This document shows positions 1 to 12,253 of a stretch of 64,000 bases of DNA, piece by piece. The translations under genes and the position numbers were made by a program. This DNA comes from Macrostomum lignano (Eukaryota): positions 8,430 to 72,429 of the forward strand of contig NIVC01002797.1 of the NCBI GenBank assembly GCA_002269645.1. Direction: 5' to 3'. The notes beneath the pieces were generated by a model, which was given only the letters and a program-made list of their open reading frames with translations, was not told where the DNA came from and searched no databases. How positions within the stretch are numbered: position 1 is the first letter of the stretch; every line of letters begins with the position of its first letter.

Positions 1-1120
1 TGTCGCAGCCGTATCTGTGTGGAGTTTAGAGGTTGGAACGAAATAATAGTAAAATTCTGGAATTACAGATTGACCCAAAACTGTTTAGAAGCGTCAGCAC
101 GTAGTACGTTTGTCGATATACATATGGGAGACAATTACTTGGCGGAGTGACTTCTCATACAAAGGGCATCCGCCCTTGCCGGAGCGTCAAACATAGCTGT
201 TAACGGGTGGAGTCGCAGAACCCTCTGCTGACCAGTGGCGTCCACGTAAGCGACTCCATTGTGGCGAAGGTCGTTGAGAACGTCAACAACGACTGGCAAG
301 AAGGCAAAAAACTTCAACTCTTTGCTACTCGCCCAGACGCCAAGGGTAATAACGAAGCGAAGCCGCTGCTTGCTATGTACCTCCGTGATACTGAGGTACA
401 CGGGACACACCTTGATAGGGGTGGTTCGATGGTAGGGGAAAGCGTCCGAGGCGACGGTGTAGGAGACGTCTTCGTTGTCTGCCAGACGTATTCCCTCCAC
501 GAACTCCAGTAAAGTACACTGCTGTGGACGTCTAGTACGCCTGAGGGTCACTAGGGCGGATTAACACAACTAAATAGAATACCCGGTACACCAGCTGCGC
601 TTATTTCGAAATGCTGCTGTCATAATTGTGACAGACGTAATACCTGGAACTGGTATGCGATCCACAATCCGTCGCATCCGTCGCAAGCAATCCGTCGCAT
701 TCGATGTGCGTCCTAATGTGTCTCTTGACGTCGAGCACCCAGAAGTTGCCGACGTTGGTACTGCCACAGTGGGAGCACACATCACCCGGTCGACACGAGC
801 CGGTCGAATTGCTGGCACACGCACTGCAGATGGTGAAGCACTTGGACGTACCCAACACACTTGTGGACGCATTGGTGTACGATGTCAGTTTATAGACCGT
901 GCGAGGCCAAGCGTTGTCTGGTACAAGAAGGCGCTGGACGCCATTCTGCGACAATGCAAGGTCGCGCCTGCCCACTTGAATCTCAGAGACCGCGTCGCCC
1001 AGGGTGACAGGCAGAGAGGCGTGGAAGGGAACGTTCAGGAGCTCCTCGGCAGCGCCAGCATTGACTGGGTCAGCGGCATTCTCGGCCGCGACAGCGGCAT
1101 CCTCCAGCTCCGCGGCCTGC
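1..1120 (-). pseudogene. EnSpm/CACTA (Tnp2-like) transposase, frameshifted
   Basis: N-terminal motifs VPFHASLPVTLGDAV...LLVPDNAWPRTVYKL and CSAC...CSHC. Catalytic region VSYTVASDAFPY...VCPVYLSITEV...FDAPARA. A GT-AG intron (15-138) joins HSA-K to YGCD, restoring the conserved H-x-x-x-YGC motif. Frame disruptions occur around 500-690. Confidence 0.8.
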
Positions 1121-1132
1121 AGTAACTCACCC

Positions 1133-2372
1133 CGACAGTTGGCCAATGCGTGCACGAAATCATCGCCCGTGCAGCGAATAAAGCGGCAGGGCGAGACGGT
1201 TAGCAGCTGTATGGCCGACGGTAGTGGTTGGCGGGCCCGACCCGAGACACTGCCGTGGAGGCGGGCTGGAGCGTCTAAGCTGGCCAGGATTACCAGTTCG
1301 CGAAGCTCCGGCTGACGGGTAGCCAGCAGGCCTTCAGCTCGGAGCTTCTCGCACTGGAGCAGCGTCAGGCTCCTCAGCCTAGGCCACGCGGCGAGAAAAG
1401 AGCGGAGGCCGCGATCAGTCAATCGGACGCACTTTTCTAGACTGCATTACGCAGCTGGCTGCCGTTACGGCCGACGGCTGCAGACATTTGCGCGGCGAGT
1501 GCATCCGAAATAGCCGTACCGCCCACTGTCAACTCTCGCAGACTGGGCAACAACAGCCAGCAGTTCTGTAATTTGTATTTTGTTCAGTACCAGCTTAAAT
1601 ACTGGGTGGATGAGTGGTAAAACAAGTAAGTATTACAAAGTTAGTGGGCAAGAAAGTATCACTATGCAACAACTAAGTAACTACGCAAGTATTGAACACC
1701 CACCAACACTAGCGCCACATAAATCGACCACGACCAGGCCGCGCAAGCAAATCCCGCAATCCGATTGTAAGGCCGCGTCAATAACTCGGCAACGCCCGTC
1801 AAACGCCAGCCGTATCGATGAGAGCTGGCAAAGGAGGCTGCGGAACATTGGCTCGCAGGTAGAGGGGTCCGCCAGTGCTCCGACGTCGTCTATCTCGACG
1901 TGGGTGAGGCCTGGACAGCCGTCCACAATGGCCCTCAGAGCCTCGGCTGTCAGCATATCTCGGCAGTCCAGGAGGCGGAGTCTACGGAGTCGGTGACAGC
2001 CGCGGCCAACGGCGACCAGTGGGTTGGGTGCAGACTCGGTTTGATCAATCGCCGTTAGAAGGAGGTCCGGAGGTTGCGACAGTCGCGCAGCATGAGCGAC
2101 AGCTGCTGCAGCGTGGCGTCCCTCGGTTGATCCAGGTAGCCAAACTCCACTTCCTCCACCGTAGCCGCCAGCCAAACCCTCAGACATGATAGTGCCGATG
2201 CGGATGGGTCCCCGGCCTCGATAAGTGCCGGATCCAGCCGCAAGCGGCGCCACAGCAGGGGCTGCATTGCGACATCCAGGAAGCGGCGATTCACGTAGGC
2301 GCATTGCATAAGGCTCTGAACGTCGAGCTCCGCGAAAATCTGCGTCAGTATCTCGCATGGCAGTGCGTCCAT
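1133..2372 (-). pseudogene. F-box/LRR-repeat (FBXL-like) gene with at least two 1-nt frameshifts
   Basis: F-box MDALPCEILTQIFAELDVQSLMQCAYVNRRFLDVAMQPLLWRRL starts at ATG 2372. LRRs follow: CHRLRRLRLLDCRDMLTAEAL, CPGLTHVEI, LRELTVGGTAISD, KCVRLTDRGLRSFLAAWPRLRSLTLLQCEKL. Frameshifts lie near 2065 and 1445, and there is an intron at about 1567-1703. Confidence 0.85.
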
Positions 2373-2693
2373 GTTTAGCTGCAACAATGTTTAATGTCCG
2401 GGTCGATCTCATGCTCCTGCTCATTCTCTAGCTATATATAGCCTACGTGCCCATGTACTTTCCTATAGTTCTCCTACGATAAGTCTTATGTTCCAGCGAA
2501 AAGAGAAAAAGGAACTCTCAAAATATGTCGCTGTGCGCAAACGAACGCTTCTTCCGTAGTTACAGAATACAATTCATTTATTTATTTTCATACAGACAAT
2601 AAGTCTCGCAATGTGCAGGTACAAACCAAAGTAGCGCGCGCAAGGATACATCTGTTGGAAAGTGAACAAGTGACAAATGGTATTGGGGCCACA

Positions 2694-2978
2694 TTTTGAC
2701 CGCATCTGACCGCAATCCGATCTTTTTTTACCGCATTTCAACCGTATTTGACCTCATCAATTTGACCGCAAAAAACGGTCGAGGTGAACGTTTTTGGCCC
2801 GTTTCTTGACCGAATCTGACCGCAATTCGACCGTTTTTGACCGTATTTCGAACGTAATTTGACCTCATCAATTTGACCGCAAAAAACGGTCGAGGTGAAC
2901 CGTTTTTTGGCATGGTACGCGAAATCCGGTCAACTGCGGTCGAAGTGCGGTCACAAAGCCTAATTATTTTTTGCCGGG
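2694..2978. repeat. CACTA subterminal repeat block and terminus
   Basis: Multiple (T)GACCGCA motifs, an internal ~115 bp duplication, reversed GCGGTC motifs next to the end, and a ...TTGCCGGG end followed by TA. Confidence 0.75.
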
Positions 2979-3139
2979 TAAGCGTCTTAAAGATTAACCA
3001 AAGCTGCATATTAGCTGATAAAAATAAATTCCCAACTGTTGTGTTGTGGCGCAAACAGACAACGATTAATTACTTGTGAGCAGTCGAAATTTGAATGATT
3101 CTAAGTAAATAAGTAAATGATTATAAGTAAATAAACTAC

Positions 3140-3700
3140 GAGTATTTAAGGTCTGAGAACATCTAATTCAATGACCAGGTTCCAACAGTAATTGGAGCCC
3201 CAGAAATTATCAAAAGCAGCAATTACTTCTCCACTTGCCTCCTCCGCCAGCCTCTGACGCTTGGAGTTCTTGTCTGGATTAATTATTTTATCTTTAAGGT
3301 AACCTGTTCCAAACCTTTGACGCAGAAAGTCCCGAGCAAAGTGTTTCGGGCTGGCAAATTAACCCGATCCGTGTTCAGGCCTTCAGTGTGGTTGGCTTCA
3401 TTGAAGCCGAAGCTCTAGAAGAATAGGTAGGTTGGTATGCTCTAAAAAGGCATCATTGTCGATGGTATTCCACTAGAACAAAGGCTTACTGACTTTCTTT
3501 TCTTGGAAGCTTGAGAAAGGCCTGATTTCCCAGGCTGAGATCCAAAAGTCTTCCGGCAGGCTGCAAGTTTCGCAATCTCCTTTTGAAAGCCAAAGGCACT
3601 AACAATGTCAACTGACTGTTTTACTCGTAATGGAGCACCCTGGCACTTAGTGGCTTGATGATTTCAGCTTCACTGCTGCTAGAGCTACTACTTGAGCTAA
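3140..3700 (-). pseudogene. Degraded coding segment with a BEN-domain-like C-terminus
   Basis: An open frame at ~3145-3360 reads ASPKHFARDFLRQRFGTGYLKDKIINPDKNSKRQRLAEEASGEVIAAFDNFWGSNYCWNLVIELDVLRP*. A Ser-rich stretch lies upstream. The BEN resemblance is by eye only. Confidence 0.3.
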
Positions 3701-4899
3701 TATTTTAACTCTACGAGCTTGTATTGCAATCAGACTCCAATTCAAGACCTTTTACTCTCACTCTCAGAATCACAATCAACTTTAGTCTTAATGTGATGAA
3801 CCAAGGGAAGAATCCCAAGCGAAACTTCTTATTTCCTTGAGCGCTGCTGTCGCAGAGTCGGCTGAGATCAGGCTGATCGAGCGTACAATACACGATGGCC
3901 TCTTGCTAGGTGTATGACGCTGAGCTGATTGGGGTGGGAATCAGCATACGACACTCCTAATCCTGGCTCAGCTCTATGCAAGCAAATCCCGAAAAGACAG
4001 ACAGTAGGAGTGCTCACGATTTGCTCGCTGAACAACCGGGGGCATTGTTGTTCGCTGAAGGGCAACGGCCCGGCCCGGTCGTCGGCTCGGATTCGGTGTA
4101 ATAAAGGCGTCTCCTTTATTTATAATCGCAGCCCCAGGACACGTAGGCGCAACGGGGCAGCGTTGACCGAAAAGGGTCGAGCGCGAGGAAAGCAGGAGCC
4201 GTTGAGGCCTCATATAAATGTTCTAGGCAGGCCAGGGCAGGAATAAAAAGGGGGTTCTGTCAAACAGACGGACTCGCAGCCAATCAGAGTGAGCCAACTG
4301 GCTAAGCCAGCGCCGCGGGATACATTGCAAAAGGGTCGGGGAGGGGTTGACAGTACTAAAATACAAGACGAGAGGGGGGAACACTGCCCAATCAGGCACC
4401 GGTCGGCTTACGCAGGCGCCAGAGGGGTGGGACACAAACACAATGGGCGCAAGGACCACTAAAGTAGGAAAGGACGCAAGACTCAGAATTGGTGAAAATA
4501 TCATTGGATGCCGATTTTTCAATGTTTCTCCTGTGTACACTTTTGAACGTAAGATGCTTATTCTGTCGCAGAATAGGCATTAAAATATGCTCTTTGTATT
4601 AACACATCGATAAGTTGACAAATATTTTGAACTGTTAAAGTCTACTTCATTCAAAAGTACATCTAGTATCCATCTAGAATTATTGATTTTATTATGTCAG
4701 AACTAACAAAACAAAACATGTCATAAGAGACCAAAAAGCAAGGTACTCGTAGTATAAAAAGGGGAAGGGGTAAAATAATATTGCCCCCACAGAGCGAAAT
4801 ATTGCAAAAATACAAAAAATCAATGTACAGTAGAAACTTTCGGAGCCTGCGCGCATTAGAAGTAGACTGAGAAACCTTCGTTTCGCACAAGTCCTTTAA

Positions 4900-6700
4900 A
4901 AACATTCGATAGACGTCTGCATGGATATGCGAGCGACCAGGTCGGAACTGATTTGAATGGATTTGATTTGAATGTCAATAAATGTTTCAAAAACTGAGCA
5001 AAAACGTCCAATCACACGATTCAAACGAGTTGAGTGCAGCGAATTGAAATACGAATAGTCGTAGCACAATAGAGCGAAAAAGCAACCATTGGGGAGGATT
5101 CACCAGCTTTCCTCGAGATAAGACTCGTAAATTCACTGCATGCCTTACTATCTACAGTGTGACGAAAATCAGCAGAATCAGATTGAGGGATATCTTCCTT
5201 GCGTGCAGTGTAGCCACATATATAATAAAGTGCAGCTCCTTCTGTCTCAGAAACAGCAGCTTCATCAACTGACAAATGGTCAATGGCTGTGAGTTCAGCA
5301 TCACTTAAGTCTTCCTCGCTACAACATGCAGATTGTGGTTGCTCTGGTATTTTGGCATCAAGCTAGGCATACAACTCCATCCGAAACAATTTTGCAGTCA
5401 GGAAAACTTGCTCAACAGAGATAAAATAGCACCCTCCATGTCCTTGCCTATAGATTGAGAACTCGCCCTCAAGGGGGTCAGATTGGAAAGCACCTGGAAG
5501 TGGAAATACTAGCTTGGTTTTTTATGTATTTGCTATTCTATTCTTACCTAGAAAGACAAAGGTGAATAGCTGCTTGGATAGCAGGCATTTCGAAAGCTCC
5601 ACAAGACCTCTCCAGATTTGAATGACAGCTTTCTGTGTCTCTGTTGTGAGAGAACGCTGCCGTGCGGGACCCCGCCCTCAGCCATCTGCTCCGTCATGGA
5701 AGCAAATTGAAGAAGATAGTTTAAAGCTATGCGAGGCATCTGACACAATTGGAGCTCGTCTGGGGTGATTCAGAGTCCGGCGATCTTACATTGACGATCT
5801 TCAAAATTCAACGACAGAATGGACAAATTCGGCAGTGTCGCTATTACCATTGATGCGCAGTGTTGCAACTGTTTTTTTCGTTGAGCACATTTAATACGAT
5901 ATAAACTTCCTGGCGTTCAGGAGGCACAGGATTGCATGCCACCGCTGTGAGGGTGGTAGAACGAACTACCAGTTGGTGAGACTGTTGCTCAATTTGAACA
6001 ATGTGCTGCCATCTGGCACGGCGTAGAGGTTGCTCAGGTGTACAGCGAAAATCAATTTCTCCATGTCATTGTGTTAGCCAATTGTTGCGAATGTTTTTAA
6101 GCAACCGCATAGCAGAAACAATGAAGTGTAAAGGCAGATGGATTAATTGCCTTCCATGGTGACGCAGGTGATGGGTTCAACAACTGGAAGCAATTACGGT
6201 TCGTAAAGTGGTCATCACAAACCAAGCTCAGGAAAATGCCACCACATACATGGATTATTGCAATAAGTCGCACAAGTTGCTGGTGAAAAAAACGGGATTC
6301 AAGCTGTAGATTGGTATAAGACGAGCACCCGTGAGTGGTCTAACCATAATGGCCAAAACTGTACGTGCTAGCTTAGTTGAGTCATCTTCGGCATGCCCAA
6401 CTATGTGACAGCCACGAAGTCGAGTGGAAGATAGAACATAAACCTCATCAAAATTGATGGAGCAGAGCTTCTGTGATGTGGACACCACTCTAAATTGTGC
6501 TTGCACTAATCTCCGATAGTCCATATCGTTTCCAAAAGGGCCCCAACTGCCAAGATAGCACCTTAATGTAGCAGCGTGTGGTAGTGTGGTAGTCAGTAGG
6601 TCCTTCAGTGCGCGATATCCATTTCTGCGAGCTAAGTACGGTCTTTCAGTCGTTAAAATGTCATTTGATGTCTATCGCTCACTATGTTAAAGTCATTTGC
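4900..6700 (-). pseudogene. P-element/THAP9-like transposase, heavily decayed
   Basis: Motifs appear in family order: GYRALKDLLTTTLPHAATL, CSINFDEVYV, LVCDDHFTNRNCF, LLKNIRNNW, NEKTVATL...TAEFV...IVNVRSP, FQSDPLEGEFSIYRQGHGGCYFISVEQV, ALYYICGY. There are many stops and frameshifts. TIRs were not located. Confidence 0.85.
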
Positions 6701-7739
6701 AACTGGCGAAGTATGAACTGTTGCCTCTATCTTCGCCTTCGGATTGTTATTAAATGAATATATCCTTTAAAGTAGATCTGTTAGATTATGGATAAATTGT
6801 TTAAATTACCAAAGAAGAGACATTAACATTTTGTTTGAAATATTCTTCTTGAGGACATTATGTTATATATAACTACATAAGGGTCTATTAGCTAGACCGA
6901 TGTGGACAAGCGTGGTACCTCGCGGGTAGGCTACTGGTTTCTATTGCTAAGGATTTTACTAGTGGATTTACTTCCTACTGGTTTGAGACTTTTGGTAGTT
7001 CGCTGCCACCAGGTTCCTGCTGTTCCCTAATTCTAGCTTTAGGTTTAAGAACGCAGTCAGGACACCGATAAAGTTAGTTAACACAAGTTTAATAAAAGAA
7101 GTAAATTAATTGTTACGGTACAAAAGTTGGTTTGCTTTTACATTAACTCCCTATTTTAAGTTTCCCCGTTTATTTCCCCGTTCCCCGGGCAAGACTCCCA
7201 GTTATAGATTTGTTGTTGTTGTTGTTAAAACGAGGTGCCGTCGAAACCGGCGCGGGTCAGTTCCGAAGAACTCTGCCGCAGTTATATTTTGTATTTGATC
7301 GAAAGAATTAAAAATATTTACAAGATTTCGATTTGAATATTTATACGAATATTGAAATAAAAATATACATATATAAAACTATTTTTCAATAGTTTGCAGT
7401 ATTTTGCACGCATTTGGGGATAAAAAAGAGGGGAGGGAAATCCCACACAAAGAAGGGATCTAAAAAAACAGGACATCTAAAAAATACGTGCTAGGTATTT
7501 GAAGGCCTATTGAGAATAAAAGCAAGACATTTAAGTAAAAAATAGAGATTAAAAATGCAATAGCGCATATTTGAATTTAGCAGTAAAGGTGTAAAATATA
7601 GCGATTATGAATATTTGTAAAAAACAGTAGGATAAAAACACAGTTTGAGCAGTATAAAAAAACGAGCGCAGGGAGACTAGAGATTACCTAATCAGTCCTA
7701 GTGTCTGATCAGATCAGCCGATCTCTGTCTCAGGCAGCA

Positions 7740-8460
7740 AGTTTAGTTTTATTAATTGCGTTTCAGAGCGTAGTCACTTCCGGTTTGGGAGGCTGGTGGC
7801 CAGCCTAACGCTGGAGTGGGATTCCCCTGTTTCTTTCCCGACGCCTCATGGCATCCCAGAGGACATTGAGGACGGGGGTTCGGCCCGGAGCCCGAGGGGC
7901 ATCCGGCTCAATGTGGAAGCTGTGGAGCTTGGCTGCCCTCATCTTGAGCAGCCAAGCCACCCCCAGCTGCTTGACCCTGTCTGCGAGCATCGGCATACCT
8001 GCCAGCTTGTGCAGGTATTCGATGCTGATGTAGGATGGCACACCATAGCAGATACGGAGAGCCAGGTTTTGAATTTTTTGCAATTTGATTTGGTTAGTCG
8101 CACAAATTTGGCTCAGGATTGGCGCTCCGTAGGTGAGAGCGCTTTCTCCGTATGCCCTGTACAGCATTCTGAGGGTGGTGCTACTCAGCTTTGTCATTTT
8201 TGCAATTCTGCACAGTGACATTACAATGGCTCTGCTAGTATCTGCCATGTTGTCCACATGTTTGTTCAGGCAGAGGCTCTGGTCAAGGAGGACACCCAGG
8301 AATTTCACCTCCTGACAGTACGGAACTTCAGTGTCCCCCAGATACAGTTTGGGTCGCAAGTCCATGCGCCTAGTGGGTTTGTAGTTGAAAGCGATTGTTA
8401 AACGAGTGGTACGAATGTAGCGCACCTCGGAAGTTAATTGTCGGAGGACGGGAGAAGATG
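7740..8460 (-). mobile_element. 5'-truncated non-LTR retrotransposon (LINE, Jockey/I-like), RT C-terminal region
   Basis: ORF 7805-8425 reads EVKFLGVLLDQSL...KHV...LYRAY...LTYGAPI...KLQKIQNLALRICYGVPSY...LHKLAGMP. An AATAAA and A-rich tail follow on the minus strand near 7745-7755. Confidence 0.85.
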
Positions 8461-9154
8461 CTTTCCCAAGAGCCCAACTGCTCTGTAGTTCTAGAGAAAC
8501 CCCAAAACTAGCGATTTACCCCCGCTCTAATTATTTTCCCGGGTTAAAACTACTGATAGTAGGCAAAAAGCATATTTGAACCCACAATAATTCCCGTTCC
8601 TAAAATAATGCCCTACTACAGATGGCTATCGTATAATTACATTGCAGTCAAATGGCACAAAAACAGCACTAGCTACTAAATAAATAAAATCAAGGTAAAT
8701 ATACTGTTCTAGTATATTTCGTAAGAAATAATATAAGATCTGCACAAGTAGTAGCTATTAAAATATACTAAATAGGTCCAACAGTGTCAAAATCGCGGAA
8801 TAAGCAAAATATTGAATATATTCTTATATATTATTTTATAGAGGTTAGGCAAAACACTTCAAGGGCATGCTGAGGGAGGCGCATTCAGCACATTAACTAT
8901 TGTTACCCTTGCCACGGACTTTTTGCCTCCGTGCTAATTAAAGTTGATGCAGCTTGCTTAGAAGAGGCAGGCTACTTTTCTTTAATAAAATTGAAAAACA
9001 AGGCCAAGCCAAGGGTGGCGGCCCATTCTAAGAATCTAGGATGATGGTGCCTCATTCTTGAAACAACTGAGGATCTGGGAGACTGGCCCAGCAACTGAGA
9101 ATCTGGATTAGCCCATAGTCAGGCATACATCGCACACTTCTCTCTCCTAATCAG

Positions 9155-11718
9155 ACTCGGTCCTGCAGGCCAAAGAAGACGAGCGACCCCTGGTGTTTCT
9201 GCTGTACCGCTCCGAGAAGGACTCCGAGCCGGAGGCGCGCATCGAACTCGGCGCCATCGTACGCGGCCTTCTGGCCCAGCAGTTGCTGCTGCAGACAGTC
9301 GGCGAGCTGTCCGGCCAGGCCAAGCCCGTGTCCGCGGCCGACTATGTGCAGGGCTCGCACGCGATGCAGCTGGCGGCTGCACTGCTGGAGTGCTACAATC
9401 TCAGCAGCCAGTTCGACCAGCGGCCCGGTCTGAAGTTTCTGCTACAGAAGGCCTGCAGAGTGCGGGTGGCCGCTAATCTCTATAAGCAGGCCGGATTAGC
9501 TGTGGGGTACCTGGCTGGCTTGCTCATCCCTTTGGCTGTGCGGCACTCGCTTGGTAGGTTAAATTGCTCATGCGTGCTCCATAAGATTACCGCCCGAAAT
9601 TGCTTGTATGAGTCACCCCTGACCTGCTGCTGACCCCATGAGTCTGACCTGCTGCTGACCCCATGAGTCTGACCTGCTGCTGACCCCATGAGTCTGACCT
9701 GCTGCTGACCCCATAAATCTGACCTGCTAACCCCATAAATCTGACCTGCTGCTGACCCTATGAATCTGACCTGCTGCTGACCCTATGAGTCTGACCTGCT
9801 GCTGACCCTATCAATCTGACCTGCTGCTGACCCCATGAATCTGACCTGCTGCTGACCCCATCAATCTGACCTGCTGCTGACCCCATGAATCTGACCTGCT
9901 AACCCCATAAATCTGACCTGCTGCTGACCCTATGAATCTGACCTGCTGCTGACCCTATGAGTCTGACCTGCTGCTGACCCTATCAATCTGACCTGCTGCT
10001 GACCCCATGAATCTGACCTGCTGCTGACCCCATCAATCTGACCTGCTGCTGACCCCATGAATCTGACCTGCTGCTGACCCCATGAATCTGACCTGCTAAC
10101 CCCATAAATCTGACCTACTGCTGACCCCATGAATCTGACCTGCTGACCCCATCAATCTGACCTACTGCTGACCCCATCAATCTGACCGACCTGCTGCTGA
10201 CCCCATGAATCTGACCTGTTGCTGACCCCATTAATCTAACCTGCTGCTGACCCCATGAATCTGACCGACCTGCTGACCCCATGAATCTGACCTGCTGCTG
10301 ACCCCATAAATCTGACCTGCTAACCCCATAAATCTGACCTACTGCTGACCCCATGAATCTGACCGACCTGCTGCTGACCCCATGAATCTGACCTGCTGCT
10401 GACCCCATCAATCTGATCTGCTGCTGACCCCATTAATCGCCCCTGACCCGCAGGCCGGTCGGACTTTGCCGCTCTGCCCAGCTCAGCCCTGGAGGCCAGC
10501 CCTTTCATGCGCCTGCCGCCGGGCTCTGATTGGCTGGGCAAGCCGGAGATCGCCTACCTGATTGGCCACGCCATGTCCGTGCTGACCCACACCTACCTGG
10601 ACCTTCTGGCCAGCCGCGACTGCCTGCAGGCCGCCGACCGGCTGTCCGAGCGGCCGCTGCTCTTCCTGCTGGTTGCCCAGCCTGACGATGTCGCCTCGGC
10701 CATCGCCAGCGGCACGTCGGCCAGCTTGGACGGCGGCGTCGCGACGACGTCCGGGGAAGCAGCAGAATCTCCGGCCTCTTCCACTGCGGATGCACAGCAG
10801 CAGCAGCAGCAGCAGGTGTACAGCCTGGCTGGTGACAAAGCCATCGGCAAGCTCATGGCCGAGTACAAGCGGCGCAAGCTGGCGCACAGTCTGCCTCAGC
10901 AGTCGCGTCATCATATTGGCCACGCTGCGCCGTCTGCAGCTGCTGCTGGCGCCGGCGGGTCCAGCGGCTACTCCGCCGAGAGTCAGCAGCATCAGCAGGT
11001 GGGGAGTGTGTGGTAGACAGGGACCGGGAGTGTGGTAGAAAGGGACCTGCGTGTGTGGTAGACAGGGATCTGGGAGTGTGTGGTAGACAGTGACCTGGGA
11101 GTGTGTGGTAGAAAGGGATCTGGGAGTGTGGTAAACAAGGATCTGAGTGTGTAGTAGACAGGAATCTGGGAGTGTGGTAAACAAGGATCTGAGTGTGTAG
11201 TAGACAGGAATCTGGGAGTGTGTGGTAGAAAGGGATTTGGGAGTGTGGTAGACAGGGATCTGGGAGTGTGTGGTAGACAGGGACCTGGGAGTGTGTGGTA
11301 GACAGGGATCTGGGAATGTGTGGTAGACAGGGATCTGGGAGTGTGTAGTAGACAGGGATCTGGGAGTGTGTGGTGGACAAGAACTGAAACTTCGAGCTTG
11401 TGAACGCGACACAACCGTGACCCTTGCTGCTCCGGCCAGGTGCACGCCGAGCAGGCCGTCTCCCTGCTGCGTGACTCGGACGCCCGGCTGGCCAGCCTGG
11501 CCGGCATGATCGCCCAGCTGCTGCGCCCCATCCTGGACCTGCCGGACTCGGCATTCGCCGCCTGCCTGCCGGCGGTGTCCAGCCAGCTCGGCCTGCTGGT
11601 GGCCGGCGCCGAGGACCGGCGGCTCCGCGACCTGCTTGGCCGGTTCAGCGGCCGGCTGGCCGGCTGCTTCGGCTTCCTGCCTGACTGTCTGGCGGAGGAC
11701 CTGGCCGAGGATAACTAA
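9155..11718 (+). CDS. ARFGEF3: ARFGEF3/BIG3 C-terminal part; exons 9155-9553, 10454-10998, 11440-11718
   Basis: SQFDQRPGLKFLLQK...AANLYKQA and the terminal ILDLPDSAFAACLPAV...DRRLRDLLGRF match the BIG3 C-terminus. GT-AG sites are canonical and phases are consistent (1,0). Upstream exons are not in the window. Confidence 0.85.
9621..10435. repeat. Intronic minisatellite, 25-bp unit GACCTGCTGCTGACCCCATGAATCT with 22-bp variants
   Basis: Tandem copies fill the ARFGEF3 intron 9554-10453. Confidence 0.95.
11006..11380. repeat. Intronic minisatellite, 25-bp unit GTGTGTGGTAGACAGGGATCTGGGA
   Basis: Tandem copies in the ARFGEF3 intron 10999-11439. Confidence 0.95.
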
Positions 11719-12253
11719 ATAACTGGCCAGAGGGGCTCAAGGATTTTTATCTACAATTTAAACTGGATTGGCAAGCCTCGCATATCTGTAATTATAACTA
11801 CAGAGATTCCGCCAAGACGTTTCATGTTTCATCTAAGTCCCTCCGGCTCTCAAGGGACTAGCTCGTAAAGGGGTAAAATGAGGGTTTCATGTCAATTTAA
11901 TGCTCTCGAATGGAACTAATGATAGCAATATTCACACGACGGTTGTGAGCACACTCCTTCGGTGACATGGTCCCACAGCCCATGGTCCCATGGTGTACCA
12001 GGGTGTACAACGGCCCGACTTTCTAATCGTCAGGCATGTACACTCCCTGTACCTTTAGGGTTGGCTCAACAGGTGTGAATCCCACGACAACCCACAGGCT
12101 AATTTTCGTGAATTTGAAGTCCACTGTTCCTGAAGTTATCGATATTGCAACCGATATGTATAGTAAGCCATTAAAAGCACTTCGGAGTGAAAATTAACAA
12201 AATATTCGGCAGGATCGCGAGTCTAACTATCTGGGCCATTTAACGCATGTAAG

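Larger units (their letters stand above)
1..2978 (-). mobile_element. CACTA/EnSpm (CMC superfamily) DNA transposon, decayed, continues off the left edge; carries an F-box/LRR gene
   Basis: The minus-strand terminus reads CCCGGCAAAAAATAATTAGG from 2978 and is followed by GACCGCA subterminal repeats in both orientations. An EnSpm-type transposase lies at 1-~1120 on the same strand. The other terminus is not in the window. Confidence 0.75.

Noticed and set aside
4240-4420. CCAAT boxes and GC-rich promoter-like or LTR-like sequence
   Set aside because: No second LTR, primer-binding site or assignable downstream gene, so a specific call cannot be supported.
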